A stretch of 63,314 bases of DNA, filler included, from Rhabdomonas costata (GCA_019059605.1; 19 parts of 19 records of this genome joined end to end with filler, not necessarily neighbours in it); one strand, 5' to 3'; shown: positions 36,764 to 49,733, counted from the first letter of the whole stretch. The notes: generated by a model from the sequence alone, not told the origin. Program-made: numbers and translations.

Positions 36764-39669
36764 TTGGGGGCTTCGACCTCGACTTTGTCCTCTTCTTCCT
36801 CGTCCACGTCCTGGTCTGGGTTTGGGTCTTGCTGCTGGGTGTTCAGCCGTGCGATCCACTCAAAGAAGCGTTGCAGCACGCGGAAGAGTTCGATTAGCGG
36901 TTTGGCTTTCGACATCTGGCAAAGGTAGGATGCCATCCAAGGCAGCAGCTGATGAAGGCGCCTTTGAAAGTCAGCCAGTTGTTCTGAGGAACGCTCCACT
37001 TCAATTTCCGTCAGCTCCACAAGCTCCCTGCAAACGGCCTCCAGTGATGCCTTGTCTGTGGTAAAAAGGTCGTAGGCAGTCATAAACCTGGAAACATACT
37101 CGACTTCCTGCCGAAGCTGAAGCAGCTTCATAGCATCGTCAAACTTACGCAGGCGTCTTCGCCGCCTTTCATGGCGAAATGCCCGAAAACTTTCTAATAA
37201 AGTTCGCCGCCGACCGGATCTCAGCCCTTTGATTATACCGTACAGCTTCTCCAGCTTGTCAAAACGGAGTCGAGGGGCCAACAACTCAAAGGTTGCCTTG
37301 GTATGCTTGAGCTGAGGAGCGATGTTTTGAGCAGACATCACAACACCTTGCCGGGGCTTCATGAACGCTTCGAAGAGGCGACTACTGTTTTCTGTGAAAA
37401 AGGCAAGGTGTGCCCAGGATGTCTCGTCCAAGTCCAGTTCGTGCAAGTGCTGCTGAAACGAAGCCCTCAGAACATTCAGAGAGGTATTTGCGCTGTCCTT
37501 CTCTGGTATTTCGGGAATATCGAATCCCAGTCGCCGGAGCATCCGGACGGCCTTTGTGGGGAGCTCGCAACGCTCGGAAGCCACCTTGTGCCGCTCGAAG
37601 AACGCCGCAAGGTCCGGGATTTGGATGTGCAAAATCTGGTGTGCCCGGTTGAGCTGATCCTGACGCTCCTTCACCTCTGTAACCGTGCACTCGTTCCTTT
37701 CGATGCGTGCGATGAAGTCTTGCACAGGGCTGATCACATCCTTCACTCGGTCAAGATAAAGCGCCGATGCACTACGAAGCAAAGAATTCTGTTTTTCTTT
37801 TTCCTTTGCAGCCCATGGAACGAGGGCAAGCAACTGCTCGCACCGCGAAAGGTCGGCCACCCCAGCTTTCTCAATGCAGCTCAGGGCCTGTAAATAGCAG
37901 TGCAACGCAGGAAGCCCAACAGCACCTGTCCCGTCCAAAGGGATCGAGCGCAGTGCAGCAGAAATGCTGGGAATTAGCTCGGTCTTGGCTATGACAGCTC
38001 GCGCTATGGTGGTCTGACCCACGGCTGCAGCAAGGGACTCGTACAGCGTGGGAAACCCAGCCGAAGGATCAACTTGAGCCTGGTACGCTTGCTCGGCTTC
38101 ACAAACAAACTTCCAAAAGGCTTTCAGCTTAACGTACTCGTGAACAGGTACCTGCGCTTCAGAGAAAAGCGCGCAAGCTTCGTTCTGAAACTCTACAGGG
38201 GACTTCCCTGCCATGTAATCCTGGAATGCGCAAACAAGAACGGGACAATCCAGAACACAACAAATGGCCTTCCCAGCACACCCAGCAGCAGCGCCGCCGC
38301 CATAGTTGAAGGTCGTGTATTTTGGCCGCTGTTCCTTTTCCTTTCCAAGCCAATGCCGGCAGAGAAAAAGCAACGCCTCTGCACCCAGGTCTTTGACACG
38401 CTGGCCAACTACTTCCTCGGCAAACTTTTGGAAATCCTGGGAAGAATATGGCTTCTCAAGAACCTTCCGCAAGAACTGTGAGGTGACCAACGGCACAGGA
38501 ACGTGAGGCAGCGACCCAGGCCCAGCCCTGGAAACGGAATGGAAGAGAGGCAAGTCGAGGTTGGTGAGACACGGGTAGCGGTTCAACATTTCCTGTGCCA
38601 AGACAGAAACCGCATCAGGATTTTCTCTGGAAACCTCGAGGATAACGTCCGAAAAAGGACACAGGAACGAGTGTGCACTCTTGCTCCCCGTCACCCCCGG
38701 CTGAAGGGTCAGCACGCACTTCGCCCAGTCAAAAGCGCGGCGAGCGCGCTCCGTGGCATCCATCCCGGGCCGGGGACTGAGGAGCCTGCGAAACAGAGCC
38801 TCGGCCTCGTAGGGGTCCGAAAATGCAGGGGTGGGTCGGCCAAGCAAGCCATGCAGCTCCTCAGCGGTGCTGCTGCTCAGGGGCCAGCCCTCGTTGACAA
38901 ACACGGACACGAAGACCCGGAAGAAATGCGGTGGGTAGTCGAGCTGATTGAGCATCGTGGAAATGCGAAGGTGACCGAGCCCCGTCCCCTTCGCACACTC
39001 CTTTCTGAAGGGGCCACACTCCCCCAGACGCTTGCAAAACAACAACCACGTTCCCTCTTGACTGCCTCGAGGGCCTATGACAAGTTGCAAAAGCGAAAGG
39101 AAAACCCCGAAGCAGAGCTGCTCATCCCATCCAGCAATAGGGGGATCCTCACAGCGAAAGAGCCAGGCCAGAACGTCGTGTCGGAGTGCCTCTTTTAGAG
39201 AGGTAAAGTACGGTTCATAGTAGGGGCGCATGGCCTGGCGCTGGTCAAGCTCAGCCACCGTCACGTCGACGCCAATGTGCCGCGTCGAAAAGGAAATCAA
39301 GGCTGCCATGAAGGCACCTCGCACAACCTCGAAATTCCCTTCCCCGCGGCGTCGACTAGCAAGGACAACCAGTTGCGCAGAATGGGTAAGCAAAAGCAGA
39401 ACGAAAAACGGATCGCACTCCAAAGATTCACAACGTTTGCCAAGGGCCTCAAAGTACGCAAGGCAATCTGCCGCAAAGCTGGCGCTCGAGGAAAGCTTAT
39501 GCACATGGGTTTCGAGAGCTCGAACAGCGTCCTTTTGCGCGGAAAACTGGGTGACGTTTGCATGGGCCAAGATGCTTACCAGGTGGTCAAACTCACCCGC
39601 GTTTGCCAGCTCAAGAAAGGTATTCTGCTCCTGAGCACCAAAAATAAGGTGCTTGAACCATTGTGCCAT
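36764..39669 (-). CDS. Large intronless alpha-helical hypothetical protein (about 968 codons, 3'-truncated)
   Basis: Stop-free frame from ATG 39669 to the contig edge with protein-like composition. A pyrimidine tract and AG (39700-39699) lie 29 nt upstream of the ATG. Confidence 0.85.
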
Positions 39670-40096
39670 GAGTGAACAGAGAAGGCCACCAAAAGATTCT
39701 GAAAAGGCGCAAAGGAAAAGAACAAGGTAGGTCCTCCCATTCCACTTGCCACCAGATTCAGCTGAGTCTCAGCCTCACCACTTTGCCCATCCGCCACAAA
39801 AAATAGACCTGACCAACGCGTCAAAATTTTTGGGCGACGCTACACTCTGTACCATGTGGTTTGAATGCCGGGGGATCCTGCCACGACAGAAGAGTGGACG
39901 GCAGTGAGGAACATTTGAGGAAGCATTTCGGTCACAGGACCCGGCCTGGGAAGGGAGAAGAGCACATACTTTCAGGACCAACCTAACACACAAACANNNN
40001 NNNNNNNNNNNNNNNNNNNNNNNNNNNNNNNNNNNNNNNNTTAATTAATTAANNNNNNNNNNNNNNNNNNNNNNNNNNNNNNNNNNNNNNNNNNNN

Positions 40097-40434
40097 CGGC
40101 ACGTGTGAGCGATAAAGCAAAAGCACAGACACAGAAATTAATGGGAGGCGACCTACCTTTCCGAACAGCTCGGTTGACAATTTTTCTTGGTGGGATGACA
40201 AAGAGAGGTCACCGCCATTTTACAGTATTCTACATTATGCATTCTGCAAGCGTTTGCTTTTGGTGAGACTGAAACTCACGGAAAGGCAAAGGATTAAGAG
40301 AGGAGTACGTAATTTCCCGTTCGACGGCGGTATGCAATGGAGGCGCTGCTTCAGCAACGGCACGCGTGAGCGATAAAGCAAAAGCACAGACACAGAAATT
40401 AATGGGAGGCGACCTACCTTTCCGAACAGCTCGG
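40097..40434 (+). repeat. 77-bp direct repeat (one mismatch) covering a splice donor
   Basis: 40097-40173 equals 40358-40434 except gtgtg versus gcgtg. Confidence 0.95.
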
Positions 40435-42698
40435 CGACTTGGACCAGTACTGGCCGAGGGACGCGCTTCCACCCGTACACCACCATCTCTTCTTCCAGAG
40501 TGGTCTGCCCGTTGGGTAGGCTACCCTGGTGCTGCTGGCCGCAGCGATAGAGCTCGGAGCGGGGTAATTCCTGGGATTCTGAAACGGAAGAAAAAGGCCG
40601 CATGCCCCATTTGTGAAACGGGGCCGAACAAGCAATATATATTTGGAACAGAAAAGCGAACAGGCCCAGGCAGGAAGTTGTTTTTGGTAAAGTAGTAGGA
40701 GGCCAAAAATCGCTCTCCAAAATCTTCATCCCAGCGGTAAATGTCTCATTCCTCAATGAGTTGTGGGATGGGAAGATCGCATTTGCTTTGGTATGTACAC
40801 TGAGACATACCAAGACAAGATAGAAGATGCCACAGGGGGTTAGGAAACAATGCACGTGTCCCTCTTACAAGAGAAAAGACGCAGGGGGTCAGGGAACGAC
40901 GCACGTATACCTGGGACAAAAATAAAAGATGCCACAGGGGGTTAGGTGGCCCCCCGCAGATACATGTCTGCCGAGGGGACCCTCAATGCATCAATGCCTT
41001 GGGTCCGTAAAATGCGCCGTAAATGGGGGTACCTAAAATGAATGCATGCCAAATTGGCCAACCAAAAACGAATCTTTTCGTCCAAAGTACCTTTCTCCGC
41101 TCCGAATGAATCGGGGCCGCTGCCCCGGGGCACTTCACCCGCCCGTGGGCTGTCTCCCTGTGACGGGGACCATGTGGAGTCCTGGGGCAATGGAAACAGG
41201 GGCTCATACACCGACACCACAGTGCTCTTGCCAGGCACGGTGACCTTGCCTAGGGCACGGAACTGGAACCCTGGGCGGGCCTGAGTCATCGTTCTCTCAC
41301 TGATCAGCACGACCGTCTGGAAGGCCTGCGAGAAGAAGGGACCAATTCAAACTTCGCGCGCTCCGTGGCATAAACGTGGTGTGTCCTCCTTATATGCAAA
41401 CTTGAGGCATTGAGGGGGTTGGACATTTTGAAACGGAAGCCTTCACATTTTTCGCGTAAGTGTCTAAAATACTATTCAGTTCTTTCGCGTTCTTATGATA
41501 AAATCGAAACCCATTTGACAAGCTTTTACAATTTTCGTGCAGTACATCGTAGCCTTGGACAAACGCAACATGAGCACCACGACCATTGGTGCCGTCCCCG
41601 GACAGGAGCCCAGTCCCAGAGCCAGCAGAGCCCATTCAAGAACGCTCACACCTGCCTTTGGATGGCAACAGCAGCACCGACCCACTGATGGCACACTCAA
41701 TTCTGGTCGAGCGCACCATCAGAGAGCCTTTTTCTGGAATTAGCAAGTCAAAATACCGGCAAAAAGGGTGTGCTTGGGCACGCGAGCGAGTTTGTGGGTG
41801 TGGCGGAGGGGTTCCCGGTGGTCACCTTGTTCGCGGCCTCCAGACGGCTGGCCAGGTTCACCCCATCACCCAGCACCTGAAAACAGCGGGTTTGAACCGA
41901 AGGCTAACCAGGAACATTGGACAAAGTTCCAACGTGTATTTCGAAAATAGCGGGTTCAGGTGGAGCCAGAAGCGCACTTCTCTGCACCTGCAGCACCGGT
42001 CAGCTACCTAGAATCGGATTTGGACACAAGCATGACCTTTTCCTGACAGATGTTTGTGCTCGTGTTGCCCTAGATTCCACTAAACTGCTGCTGATTATCC
42101 ATCTGGCCTTTTTTCAAAGAAAGGTTCTCGATTCCTTATGAGCCAGCAGCACGAGAAGTGAAGAGCAGAGCTAGCAGCACTTTCTCTCCCTCTCCCTCTA
42201 CGTTTCCCTCTCTTGGAAAGGGCCAGTAATCTGAAAGGCAACAGGCGGGAACGAGGACAGGGAAGGGCGGTAAAAAAGACACACCGTGTAGTTGATGCGG
42301 TGATCGCACCCGAAGTTCCCGACAAAGACAGAGTCAGTGTTGATCCCTACCCGAAACCTGGGAGCGAATACATCATCTGGGGAAGAAACCCAGGTTAGCA
42401 GGCCGGTATCCGAAATTGAGGAGTCCCCTTCTTCTTATTATTATCTGTGGTGGTCTGTCGCTCTTTCTTCTCACTCCACCTCTCGCTCGGGGTGACAACA
42501 TCAGAACAAGTAGGAGTGACAAAAGGAGGGGGAGGAGGAAGGAGAAAGAAGGGGACAGGGAAGACCCTCACTGATTGGGAGGCTGAGTGGAGAAGGGCCG
42601 AAATCCCGAAGGTGGCCGGCGACCATGCGAGCCATGAGAAAGACTCTATAAGAATGACTAAGACTCTGAAAACTCTCCTGCACAGAAAGCCCAGCCGA
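40418..42698 (-). CDS. Class III adenylate cyclase, catalytic C-terminal half (partial)
   Basis: Exons 42698-42645, (42433-42411), 42357-42285, 41876-41826, 41325-41091 and 40578-40418 give FRVGINTDSVFVGNFGCDHRINYT|VLGDGVNLASRLEAANK|AFQTVVLISERT...FQFRALGKVTVPGKSTVVSVYE. Catalytic N..SR is intact, and Thr at the purine-specificity position suggests ATP. Confidence 0.93.
40810..40947 (+). repeat. Intronic minisatellite, ~51-nt unit, about 3 degenerate copies
   Basis: aagatgccacagggggttagg / aagacgcagggggtcaggg / aagatgccacagggggttagg at about 51-nt spacing. Confidence 0.75.
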
Positions 42699-43431
42699 CT
42701 GCACACATCATTGGTTTCCTCTCTTGCTCTCTTGCAATTAGATTTTTTCGGAGATTTGGTTCGTTTTGTTTATATCCACAAGCACTTCACAGCTTCTTCT
42801 CTTTACTCTCTGATTCTTACCGTTTTGCATTGCCCATGCCATATTGCCAGCTATTTTACTTAATTTTGGCTAATTTGAGCATTTTTTTTGAATGTTTTAG
42901 GTCAAATATGACTCTTTTGGGGGGGCTTCCTCGAGACTTCACAAGCGAGCAAGGGAAGGTTACGGTGCATGAAAGAATTTCAGGGGGAGCACTATGCCTT
43001 AGGGTCCAAAATCACCCTCGGGCAAGGGCAAGGAGTGCCAGAAAGTTTCGGAATTATTTCTCATTTTTTCTATGAAGAGAATGTCGTTTTTAAATTGAGT
43101 TTTGTCAGGTCCTCGACAGCCTTGATCTGTAATGGCCCCGCCAACCCACCCTCCCCGTTGCCCACCCATTTTAGACGTAGATGTGTCTTGTCGATCTCTG
43201 TTCTGGGTTTCTTGTTTGACTTCCTTCCTTCGCTCCCGATCCCCACATTCGCCTGTTTGCTTTCTTCACAGGTTCCACTCAACCCTTTGCATGACCCAAC
43301 TGCCATATTCTACGTCCCTTTCCCAACCCCCNNNNNNNNNNNNNNNNNNNNNNNNNNNNNNNNNNNNNNNNNNNNTTAATTAATTAANNNNNNNNNNNNN
43401 NNNNNNNNNNNNNNNNNNNNNNNNNNNNNNN

Positions 43432-46400
43432 TGGTGGGTCGATCTGGTTGGGCTCCGGGGAGGTGGGCACAGGCTTGCCCCCGCCGATGTACCATAGGCT
43501 GACCCGCCGTCGAGCTGTGACACACCCAGACGCAGCAAACGTTCAGTAGGCAATGCGTTGACATCTGTTACAGGTGAATAGACAGTATTGCGGGTTCCGG
43601 AAGTTGAAATGGCAGTGTAGTCATTGGGATTGGGATTATAAGCCCATTATACCGTGACTGCAGGGAGAGCATCTCAAGGTGAACGGACATGTTTTGAGAG
43701 TATCGGCGGTTTGACCATCGCCACTTGACTCCGTGAGAGCAGGGAGAGCACTATTTCCTGCGGATTCAGGCGATGAGGCGACATTTGGATTTCCAAAACG
43801 CTGTACACCTCGGCCACGTCCCGCTCTCCAGTTCAACCCACGCTTGCTTGAGTTTCCCCTGTTCTAACAAAAGTCGGTACAACAACCAGGCAACAAGCAT
43901 TTGGTATTCTGATCCTAAAAACCATCCCATCACCACCAGAACGGCGTCACGCGTCACGCCACCAGCACACGTGACGCTCAGGTCCTACTATTAAACGGCC
44001 GTGCTAACCAATATACTGTGCGACGCCCATTTCCTTTTCACAACACAACCCTTTCCACAATGCTTACAAGGCCCAAGCTCCCATGGGAAAATGCACCCAT
44101 TCGCGGCGGCCATGTATACCAGAGCTCAGAACAGCCTCCTGCAGCATCTCCTGTATCTCCGCCTTGGTCACGCTCTGCAGGGTCTGGGCCATGGCCTCAC
44201 TGATGTTGAAGGAGTACGTGTGCTGCGTGATCTCCGTCCAGATCCCGAAGGCTTCCGAGGCTAGCGTGTTGGGCTTATTCCGAGTGGTCTTCACAAGAGA
44301 GCTGCGGCTAGTCTCGAATTCCTGCGTCCCAACCCATCACCACCACAACCGCACATTCACCGCTTCCCACCAAAAACATATCGGGGTGGAAAGTGACGGG
44401 GCTTTTGTCCCTGGTTTACGTGGTCTGGTGAGCATATAACTTGTCGGGTTTGTCTTCAGGATTGGCCTCGGTTGCTGTCGTGGCTTTTGGCGGGACGAAT
44501 TCTCTTGCCCTGGAAGGATAGTGTTTCCTCGCGGCTATCCCCAGCAAAGGGAAGACGCAATCCACTCTTCGGAGAGTTCTCCGTGCCAGCAAGCCGCTTT
44601 ATGCTGCACCTGTGGCAGCAGCAGCCTTCCGACGGTAGGCGTCCCGTTCACTCAGTACAGCCCCACCAACCCACACAAGCAAGAACTGCACCCAAACTGC
44701 ACCTTCCCTTCGAGTTCAGAGAGTGTCTCTGGACGAAAAATTCAGCCATTATAAATTGGTCACCAAAACGTCACGGAGCAAGAAACAGCAAGGAAGCTCT
44801 TCCGCGGCGTTGTACAGGAGAGAAGACTGCTTTCGCGGAAGAGAACCCTCTCAGCTGCATACGTGGACATTGGGACAAATACTTCGTGGTGGTGCCGGCG
44901 GAGAGAACAGCTGCTGAGCGGCCGAGGTTAGTGAATTGCTCCTGATGCCCGCCGGATTTTTTTGAGCGTGTTCGTGATGCTTCTGACAGGCTTAAGCGTC
45001 TCGGGATTGAGCGTTCTCTGCGCTGGGGCCTGTGGAGGAGTTTGGAATGCGAACCTACCTCTGGAGGTAGAGGAGAGCTCTGGTGGAGCCCCCGAAAAAA
45101 AAAACGGGAATAGTGGGCACCTCAGTTGGGCTGGGCTGGAGGAGATCCGTGCTTCGGGGGGGGGGTGATAGCAGGGTGCTGACGTAGCGAGTACCGACCT
45201 AGCGGGCTCGTGCAAGGCGGACAGTGGGCCCAAATACGAAACCGGTCACCTTCCTGAACAGGACTGATGCTTCACTCGAATGCTTTATCCATGGGAAGTG
45301 CCACCGATGTGAAGGATCACCTCCGCCAAAGGAGTCCTCTTCCCAGCACGCCCGACCACCATGTCCGTGCACAAAACGAATGCCCCAAACAGAAAGGAAG
45401 CACTACTGCAGACACAGATACAACATTTTCGCCGGAACCAGGAAGAAAAACACTCGGTGACTCGAATCCATACCAGTGCTGCTTTCAATTGCCAAACATG
45501 CCGAGACAATGCCCTGATCACAACGCGGTCCCCTGTCCAAGGCAACCGGCAAGAAAAAGAGGCCATACTTGGAACGAGGAAGGGAGGGCATAACCTAGAT
45601 CAACCGATATAAAAAGCATTACAATTTTTTCTTGCCACCGAACTGCGGTGAGCCAATTCAAGAGGAGCTGGCAACCAGTGGTCACCAGGCAAAATCGTTG
45701 CGACGACAAAGCTGAAGTGGATTTGAAAACAAAAAACACATTTTCGGAAGAGGAAGGGATTCCTACACCTCGTCCGACATCGCCACAAGCTCCGTGACAT
45801 AGTCCTTGAAGAAGTTCATCGCCCGGGAGTCCAGGTAGGCCGCCGTGTAGTTACCTGACACTACCAGAACGTGGAGGTAGCTGGTGGAGTAGGTGCGGCT
45901 GCGGACCGCCTTGTGGGAGCAGCTAGCTTTGTACCCCAACTGATGGTGGTGTGCAACACAAGAAAACGGAGAGGAATGCACCACATATCGAAGTTGTTGG
46001 AAACCAATCGATCAACGTTAGGAAAGGTGCCAGCAACTTTCTCAAAAGATTGCCGTGAACATAAGAACGCAGACCCCAAAACTCCGTTGTCGTAGTTAGT
46101 ACGGGTCGTCAACTTTCTCTGGGTTTGGGAGCTTCGAGAGGGGACAGCATCGCCCCATTTGGTGACAACACAGTAGAACGTCGTGGCCATCCATTTCCTC
46201 TATCCTTTCTATCCCTTTCTTCTATCCGTTCCACGCGCTCAATTCACATAACCCCCCCCCCCCGTGAATTTGCAATTTTCGTTCAAAGCAACCTTTTTGT
46301 GCTCGTGCAAAGCGGCACTAGCCAGAGCATTACGTCCGGCCCAGGTCCATAGATAGCTCAAATCAAAGAGCAAACAGAAAAAGTCAGAACCATCCGATAC

Positions 46401-46632
46401 GTTCGGGAGCATCCGAAGAAGTATGGGAAAAGCTCCTTCCTTCTCCGATCAAACCATGCAACCAAAAAGAATCAGGCGCCAACCTGCTCTTCCGTGCGAA
46501 GCCGATTGTAGCACGGCTGCTGCAGGACGGACTGCAGCAGGTGCAAGGTGGCGGCCTTCTTCCCGGTCAGCTCCCGGGCCGGGATCACAGGCGCCAGCTG
46601 GAAGGTCCCCAATAACCCCGAATTCGCCTCCC
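43432..46632 (-). CDS. M16A metallopeptidase (insulin-degrading enzyme/pitrilysin family), C-terminal domains
   Basis: Spliced LLQSVLQQPCYNRLRTEEQ|LGYKASC...LHVLVVSGNYTAAYLDSRAMNFF...MSDE, then SEAFGIWTEITQHTYSF...LQSVTKAEI and RRRVSLW. Matches the IDE LRTKEQLGY and W.EI....Y.F motifs. Confidence 0.88.
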
Positions 46633-46804
46633 CTGGGAAAGAAGCGGAAGGACCACAAACAACNNNNNNNNNNNNNNNNNNNNNNNNNNNNNNNNNNNNN
46701 NNNNNNNTTAATTAATTAANNNNNNNNNNNNNNNNNNNNNNNNNNNNNNNNNNNNNNNNNNNNGGTTTTGTTGTGCCCTATTGCCCGTTTAGCTCTTCCC
46801 GTGA

Positions 46805-49292
46805 ATGCATCGAGAGCTTCTCTTGGAGCTCATGTTGAGTGTTGTTTCCTATTGTACCTGCGCGGACGAGCTGCTTGCTTGCGGTGATGCTTTTCCGCTT
46901 CTTCTGCGCCCCCCTCCCCATCCCCCGTGTTTGAAATTGCTGCAATATCGAAGCCGATGGGTAGGTATGAATAGAACGGCGCTAGTGTGAAGAGGCGGAA
47001 TGATATAACCAAAAACGGGTTGGGGGGGTGATATGTGGAAAGGTGGTGTTGGTGGGTGTATGGACCCAAACTTCAGGGTTAGAGTTAGGGTTAGGGTTCA
47101 ATGCGCACGATCTTCCCTTCTTCTGAATGGTTTTCTTCTGAATGGACTCTCGATATTCCAAGAAGAAGGATGACCTTTCTAGCACTCTTCCTCGGCAGGT
47201 TATTAGCAGGGTTTGTGCCCCTTTTAAGCGCAAGCAATGAAATTGCAGGCGTAGGCCTTATTGGCCAAGTTGTGATGGCGTCACAACAGACACTCGCTCA
47301 AGAAGTCCAAGGTCGCAGAAACCTTGGAGGGTGTTTGTGGCGGCAAGTAACTCACTCTTCCTCGCCCTTCCCACAGCAAGGCTTACCAGACTTCACTATC
47401 TTCTCTTTAATAATGCCTGTCTACCGGTTCTTTGATATAGCTGAGTAGATGGAGATCCAATGAGGAAGCTAATTGCTGCGTATCTACCCCCCGCTCCTGT
47501 GAGCCCCGAGCGCAGAGCGTCGCCCCCTAGGCCTGGTGTACGGTTTTCGGGTGAGGACCCTTCCTCTTCCTCGCCCGATCTGACCCCAGTGGTGGTGCAG
47601 CTTAGGCTTGAGAACCAGCAGCTTTCGCAGCGTCTCGCTGCCGCGGTGAGCAACGCGGGGCTTGTGGAGCAGCTTGCCATAGAGCGGGAGCAGACAATTG
47701 TCAGGTGCATCTGTGGTGGTGGTGGTGGTGTTTTTTCTTCAAACTGAGCAGATCATCAGTGGAAATCCCTGTACTTCTCAGGACACGTCCCCGCCCCAGC
47801 CGCTAGCTCTCGTCGCGGCGTGGACTGGCTTTCGCCCCTGAACGAACTTATCCCCATTGGCGAGCCTTTTCTAACAGTTTTCAGCATTCTAGCAAAATCG
47901 ATCATCCTGGGGCCCTGGCAAAGCTTACATAACCACCTTATACAAAAAAGTCATTTCGAGTCTGCTGGCGTATTTACGCAACCGTTTTTCTTCAGTGAAA
48001 TCAAAAGAACTATGCCAGTTGTCTGTTACCCCCTGCCACCTCAACTGGGCCGAACTTTCGGATATGGGGTATTCGTTGCTTTGCAGGTATGCCCGTTACC
48101 TAACCATTCAACCCTATATGACCTGTGGCAGGCACCTTGGCTTCCGCTCAACTTGCCCTGTTCATGCCATTCCGGTTTCTATCTCAGACTTCGTGAGGAG
48201 CTTTCCCAGAGCATGGCGCGCAGCTCTGCTCCAGTGCCTCCTCCAGAGCCGCCTCGAAGCCTGCGCTGCCCCGTGTGCGCGGCAGCCTCTGTTCAGGCTC
48301 AGCTGGAGAGGATCTCTTCCCTGTCAGACCACACCACCGAACATGGGGAGGGTTCGGTTCCACAGTCCCCGATGGATGGCCATGTCGCCCCGCTAGCTGA
48401 GGTTCAGTGCCACTTACAGGGTCCCAGGGATTGGTGGTTGGGGAGCGCTCAACGTTTAGCACCGTTTGCGTTTTGGGCTTTACATTTTTGACCTAGGTCA
48501 CTCCGCGGCAAGGCTGGAGTGGGCATGGTTGAATCAGGGAAGTTGAGTGGGGGCAGTGCAAGCAAATGCGACAACAGCAAGCGTTGACCAGCATTAAGCG
48601 AACCAACTTTTTGGCCTAAGTATGGTTTTTGATCCATTGCTTATCGTGCTTGACGCTGGGGAGTACTTGGTGCTGTTTCGGTTCCGGCAAGCTTCTTGCA
48701 TTTAGATGTTCGTTATTTGCTAGCACGAAGTTAGGTGTGCAGGCACCCAGACAATTTCAAATAGGGGGGTTAGAGTAACATATGCCCCCTGTAGGAAGCT
48801 GTTCTTTTTGAGCAGTGCTGACGCTTAGTGACCTCCTCAAAGAATTATGTGTAATGGCTCCATTGCACGATGCTTTTTGTTTCTTTCAGAACATTTTGAG
48901 TAAGGAAGAATGACAAGGAAGGCTGAGCTATTCTGGTGCCTTTTCTTTTTGGTGTTCATTCACAGATGTGCTGGGAGCTTGCCGCGGACTCTTCCCTCGT
49001 GAAAAAGCTGCCTCGTAAGTCCCCCCGAAAGTCTCGGGGTGGATGCGGGGACGCTAGTACTCAGTGGGACCCTACCGACGCCTGCGAATCCTTTCGGGGG
49101 GATCGCACCTCACAGGATCCCTTGCTTGAGCTGGCGGGGCTTCAAGAAGAGAACAAGGAGCTGCGGCGGACTCAGCAGGAGCTCGGCACTGCTTTGACGG
49201 AGCTTTCGGTGAGGCTCCAGGGAGCCCTCGCGGAGCGAGAAGAGATGTACATTAAGCTTCACTCCTACGAACAGCACTGGTTCGGACAATGA
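46805..49292 (+). CDS. Coiled-coil/Pro-rich hypothetical protein, 3' part
   Basis: Exons near 47449-47704, 48188-48401 and 48966-49292 read QLRLENQQLSQRLAAAVS...EREQTIVR|LREELSQ..., ending LQEENKELRRTQQELGTALTELSVRL...HWFGQ*. Confidence 0.65.
47076..47097 (+). repeat. Short interstitial telomere-like (TTAGGG) tract
   Basis: agggttagagttagggttaggg, intronic. Confidence 0.5.
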
Positions 49293-49393
49293 GGCGGTGG
49301 ACGAGTCTCATGCCTCGATTGTTGGTCGTGTTGTCAATCCAGTTTCCAGTTTTCCTTCCGATAGTGTGGTGGTCAGGCTACAATTATTTTTCC

Positions 49394-49424
<31 letters not shown>

Positions 49425-49733
49425 TGCCGTTTGGCATTGTAAACTGTTTTCTTGGCGATAAATGCATCGCCTTCCTTGGGTCTGTTCGCCCCCCCCCACC
49501 ACCACCACCACACAACCACCGATCGTTTACGCAGTGGTGCTCTTCACGTCTTGTTTCACTCAGAAGATCAGAAGAGTACTGAAACTGACCGAACTCCTTC
49601 TCAACAGAGTCTGGTTTCGCACACTCCGAGGCAACTTGTGCAGCACAACTCACACAAGGTTCACCGCTTTTCTCCATCAGCCTTCCTTTTACCCTTCTTT
49701 TATTTTGTCACCCATTTGGGTGACGTCTACCCC

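Noticed and set aside
39670..39993. TGA-to-Trp recoding: the large ORF frame stays open upstream except for two TGAs (W*G*) at 39769-39777
   Set aside because: No TGA occurs in the ~968 downstream codons, TGA ends other genes here (opine dehydrogenase, MAPK), and a strong pyrimidine tract and AG just before the ATG explain the start without recoding.
47076..47097. Telomere or chromosome end
   Set aside because: Only about 3 degenerate TTAGGG units, internal to an intron.
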